From Betaproteobacteria bacterium (lineage in GTDB: Bacteria; Pseudomonadota; Gammaproteobacteria; Burkholderiales; JAYUZG01): a DNA stretch of 56,314 bases. The notes beneath the pieces were generated by a model, which worked only from the letters and a program-made list of their open reading frames with translations, searched no databases and was not told where the DNA came from. Below, piece by piece: positions 55,464 through 56,314 of this stretch. The translations under genes and the position numbers were made by a program. The DNA is taken from NCBI GenBank assembly GCA_043751985.1, contig JAYUZG010000010.1, positions 1 through 56,314 on the forward strand, in the 5' to 3' direction. Positions within the stretch are counted from its first letter, which is position 1; every line of letters begins with the position of its first letter.

Positions 55464-55986
55464 AGTATTCGCAGTCCTGGCGCTACTTGCCCTGCCACTG
55501 ACGTTGGAGGCGGCTCGTTTCGGCCTCGGGACACCGGTCACCGACGCAGACATTGAGGCGTGGGATATCGACGTCGGCGTGAACGGTTATGGACTTCCTT
55601 CTGGAAAAGGCACAGTCGCGGAAGGCAAGAAAATTTATGACGCACGCTGCGCCGTCTGCCATGGCGCCAATGGCGATGAAGGTCCGATGGACAAGCTCAC
55701 CGGCGGCGTGACTTCAATCGGTGGCTCGAATCCGCTCAAGACGGTGGGCAGTTTCTGGCCTTACGCATCGACCTTGTTCGATTATGTGCGGCGCGCCATG
55801 CCGTTCGACAAACCGCAATCGTTGAGCGACGCCGAAGTTTATTCGGTGACGGCCTATGTGTTATTCCTGAACGGCATCATCAACGAACGCGCGGTCATGG
55901 ATCGCTATTCGTTGTGGCGGGTCAACATGCCAAACGCGTATGGGTTTGTGCCCGATCCGCGACCCGACGTCGGAACCCAGAAATAG
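55450..55986 (+). CDS. Monoheme cytochrome c subunit, SoxD/SorB-like
   Basis: Signal peptide, 'EAWDIDV', heme motif 'CAVCHG', and 'KTVGSFWPYASTLFDYVRRAMPFDKPQSLSDAEVYSVTAYVL'. Overlaps the upstream gene by 14 nt. Confidence 0.82.
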   Translation: MRTHKVFAVLALLALPLTLEAARFGLGTPVTDADIEAWDIDVGVNGYGLPSGKGTVAEGKKIYDARCAVCHGANGDEGPMDKLTGGVTSIGGSNPLKTVGSFWPYASTLFDYVRRAMPFDKPQSLSDAEVYSVTAYVLFLNGIINERAVMDRYSLWRVNMPNAYGFVPDPRPDVGTQK

Positions 55987-56006
55987 AAAATCATCAACGC
56001 AAAAGA

Positions 56007-56040
56007 AAACAGCTCATTGCCGGGTGGCGATGAGCTGTTT
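56007..56040. terminator. Bidirectional rho-independent terminator between convergent genes
   Basis: AAACAGCTCAT (56007-56017), a 12-nt loop, then ATGAGCTGTTT (56030-56040). T-rich on the + strand after the stem. On the - strand it is followed by TCTTTT. Confidence 0.65.
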
Positions 56041-56056
56041 GTCCGTAGCCAGCGCT

Positions 56057-56314
56057 TTAAGCTTTGCCGGCAGCGGCAACCGCGCCCGACTTGATCTGGG
56101 TTCTTGGCAACGCAAGGATGATGACCGCGCCAAGCAGCGCAATCGCCGCCAGCGTATAGAACGCCGCCTCGGTCGCGCCACCGCTCGCAGTGCGGATGCG
56201 CCCAATTAAGTCCGGACCAAAGTGCCCGCCGAGATTACCGACGGAGTTGATCCAGGCGATGCCGGCCGCGGCCGCAGTGCCAGACAAGAAAGCGGTCGGC
56301 AACGACCAGAAGGT
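56057..56314 (-). CDS. MFS transporter, C-terminal fragment (continues beyond window end)
   Basis: The frame is open to nt 56314. 'TFWSLPTAFLSGTAAAAGIAWINSVGNLGGHFGP' is typical of the last helices of anion:cation-symporter-type MFS permeases. Confidence 0.75.
   Translation of the reverse strand, partial: TFWSLPTAFLSGTAAAAGIAWINSVGNLGGHFGPDLIGRIRTASGGATEAAFYTLAAIALLGAVIILALPRTQIKSGAVAAAGKA

Noticed and set aside
1-56314. Looked for CRISPR arrays, IS elements or transposases, integrases, toxin-antitoxin pairs, restriction or other defence genes, and rRNA genes
   Set aside because: None was recognised on either strand. Intergenic space is too small and non-repetitive for an array, and no ORF shows transposase, integrase or nuclease motifs. 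A computational repeat search would still be needed to exclude short dispersed repeats.

Overview
This 56.3-kb window is chromosomal DNA from a fairly GC-rich, flagellated proteobacterium whose gene order looks beta- or gammaproteobacterial. It is almost fully coding. All calls rest on reading the supplied translations and the DNA by eye; no searches were run.

Gene content, left to right:
- 1-3.9 kb: a glycosylation trio next to the flagellin gene, made of a TPR/GT41-like transferase (cut by the window edge), a WbqC-family protein and a DegT-type aminotransferase.
- 4.2-10.9 kb: a flagellar filament and hook-length block, fliC-flaG-fliD-fliS-fliT, a DUF2802-like gene, fliK and a stand-alone FlhB C-terminal paralog.
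- 10.8-14.2 kb: glnD and map.
- 14.4-19.2 kb: a six-gene tailoring cassette of visibly lower GC (two Fe/2OG PhyH-type dioxygenases, two methyltransferases, a beta-propeller protein, a NeuD/PglD-type acyltransferase). It ends at a tRNA-Asn.
- 19.5-40.1 kb: a housekeeping run of an aromatic/aspartate aminotransferase, uvrB, rne/rluC, HAD, Rieske, sppA, a TP-methylase, maf, yceD-rpmF-plsX-fabHDG-acpP-fabF, mltG-tmk-holB-pilZ-tatD.
- 40.4-52.9 kb: an accessory catabolic supercluster. A Liv-type ABC importer is translationally coupled to an ADP-forming acyl-CoA synthetase. It converges on an operon of two acyl-CoA dehydrogenases, a cyclase-family protein, a thiolase-like protein that appears to lack the catalytic cysteines, and a DUF35 protein. 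An SMP-30-type lactonase is divergent from that operon.
- 53.2-56.3 kb: an HDOD protein, a SoxCD/SorAB-like sulfite dehydrogenase pair and the 3' end of an MFS transporter.

The two best candidates for undescribed biology are the ACAD-cyclase-(Cys-less thiolase)-DUF35 module with its dedicated importer and CoA ligase, and the split flagellin-glycan tailoring locus.
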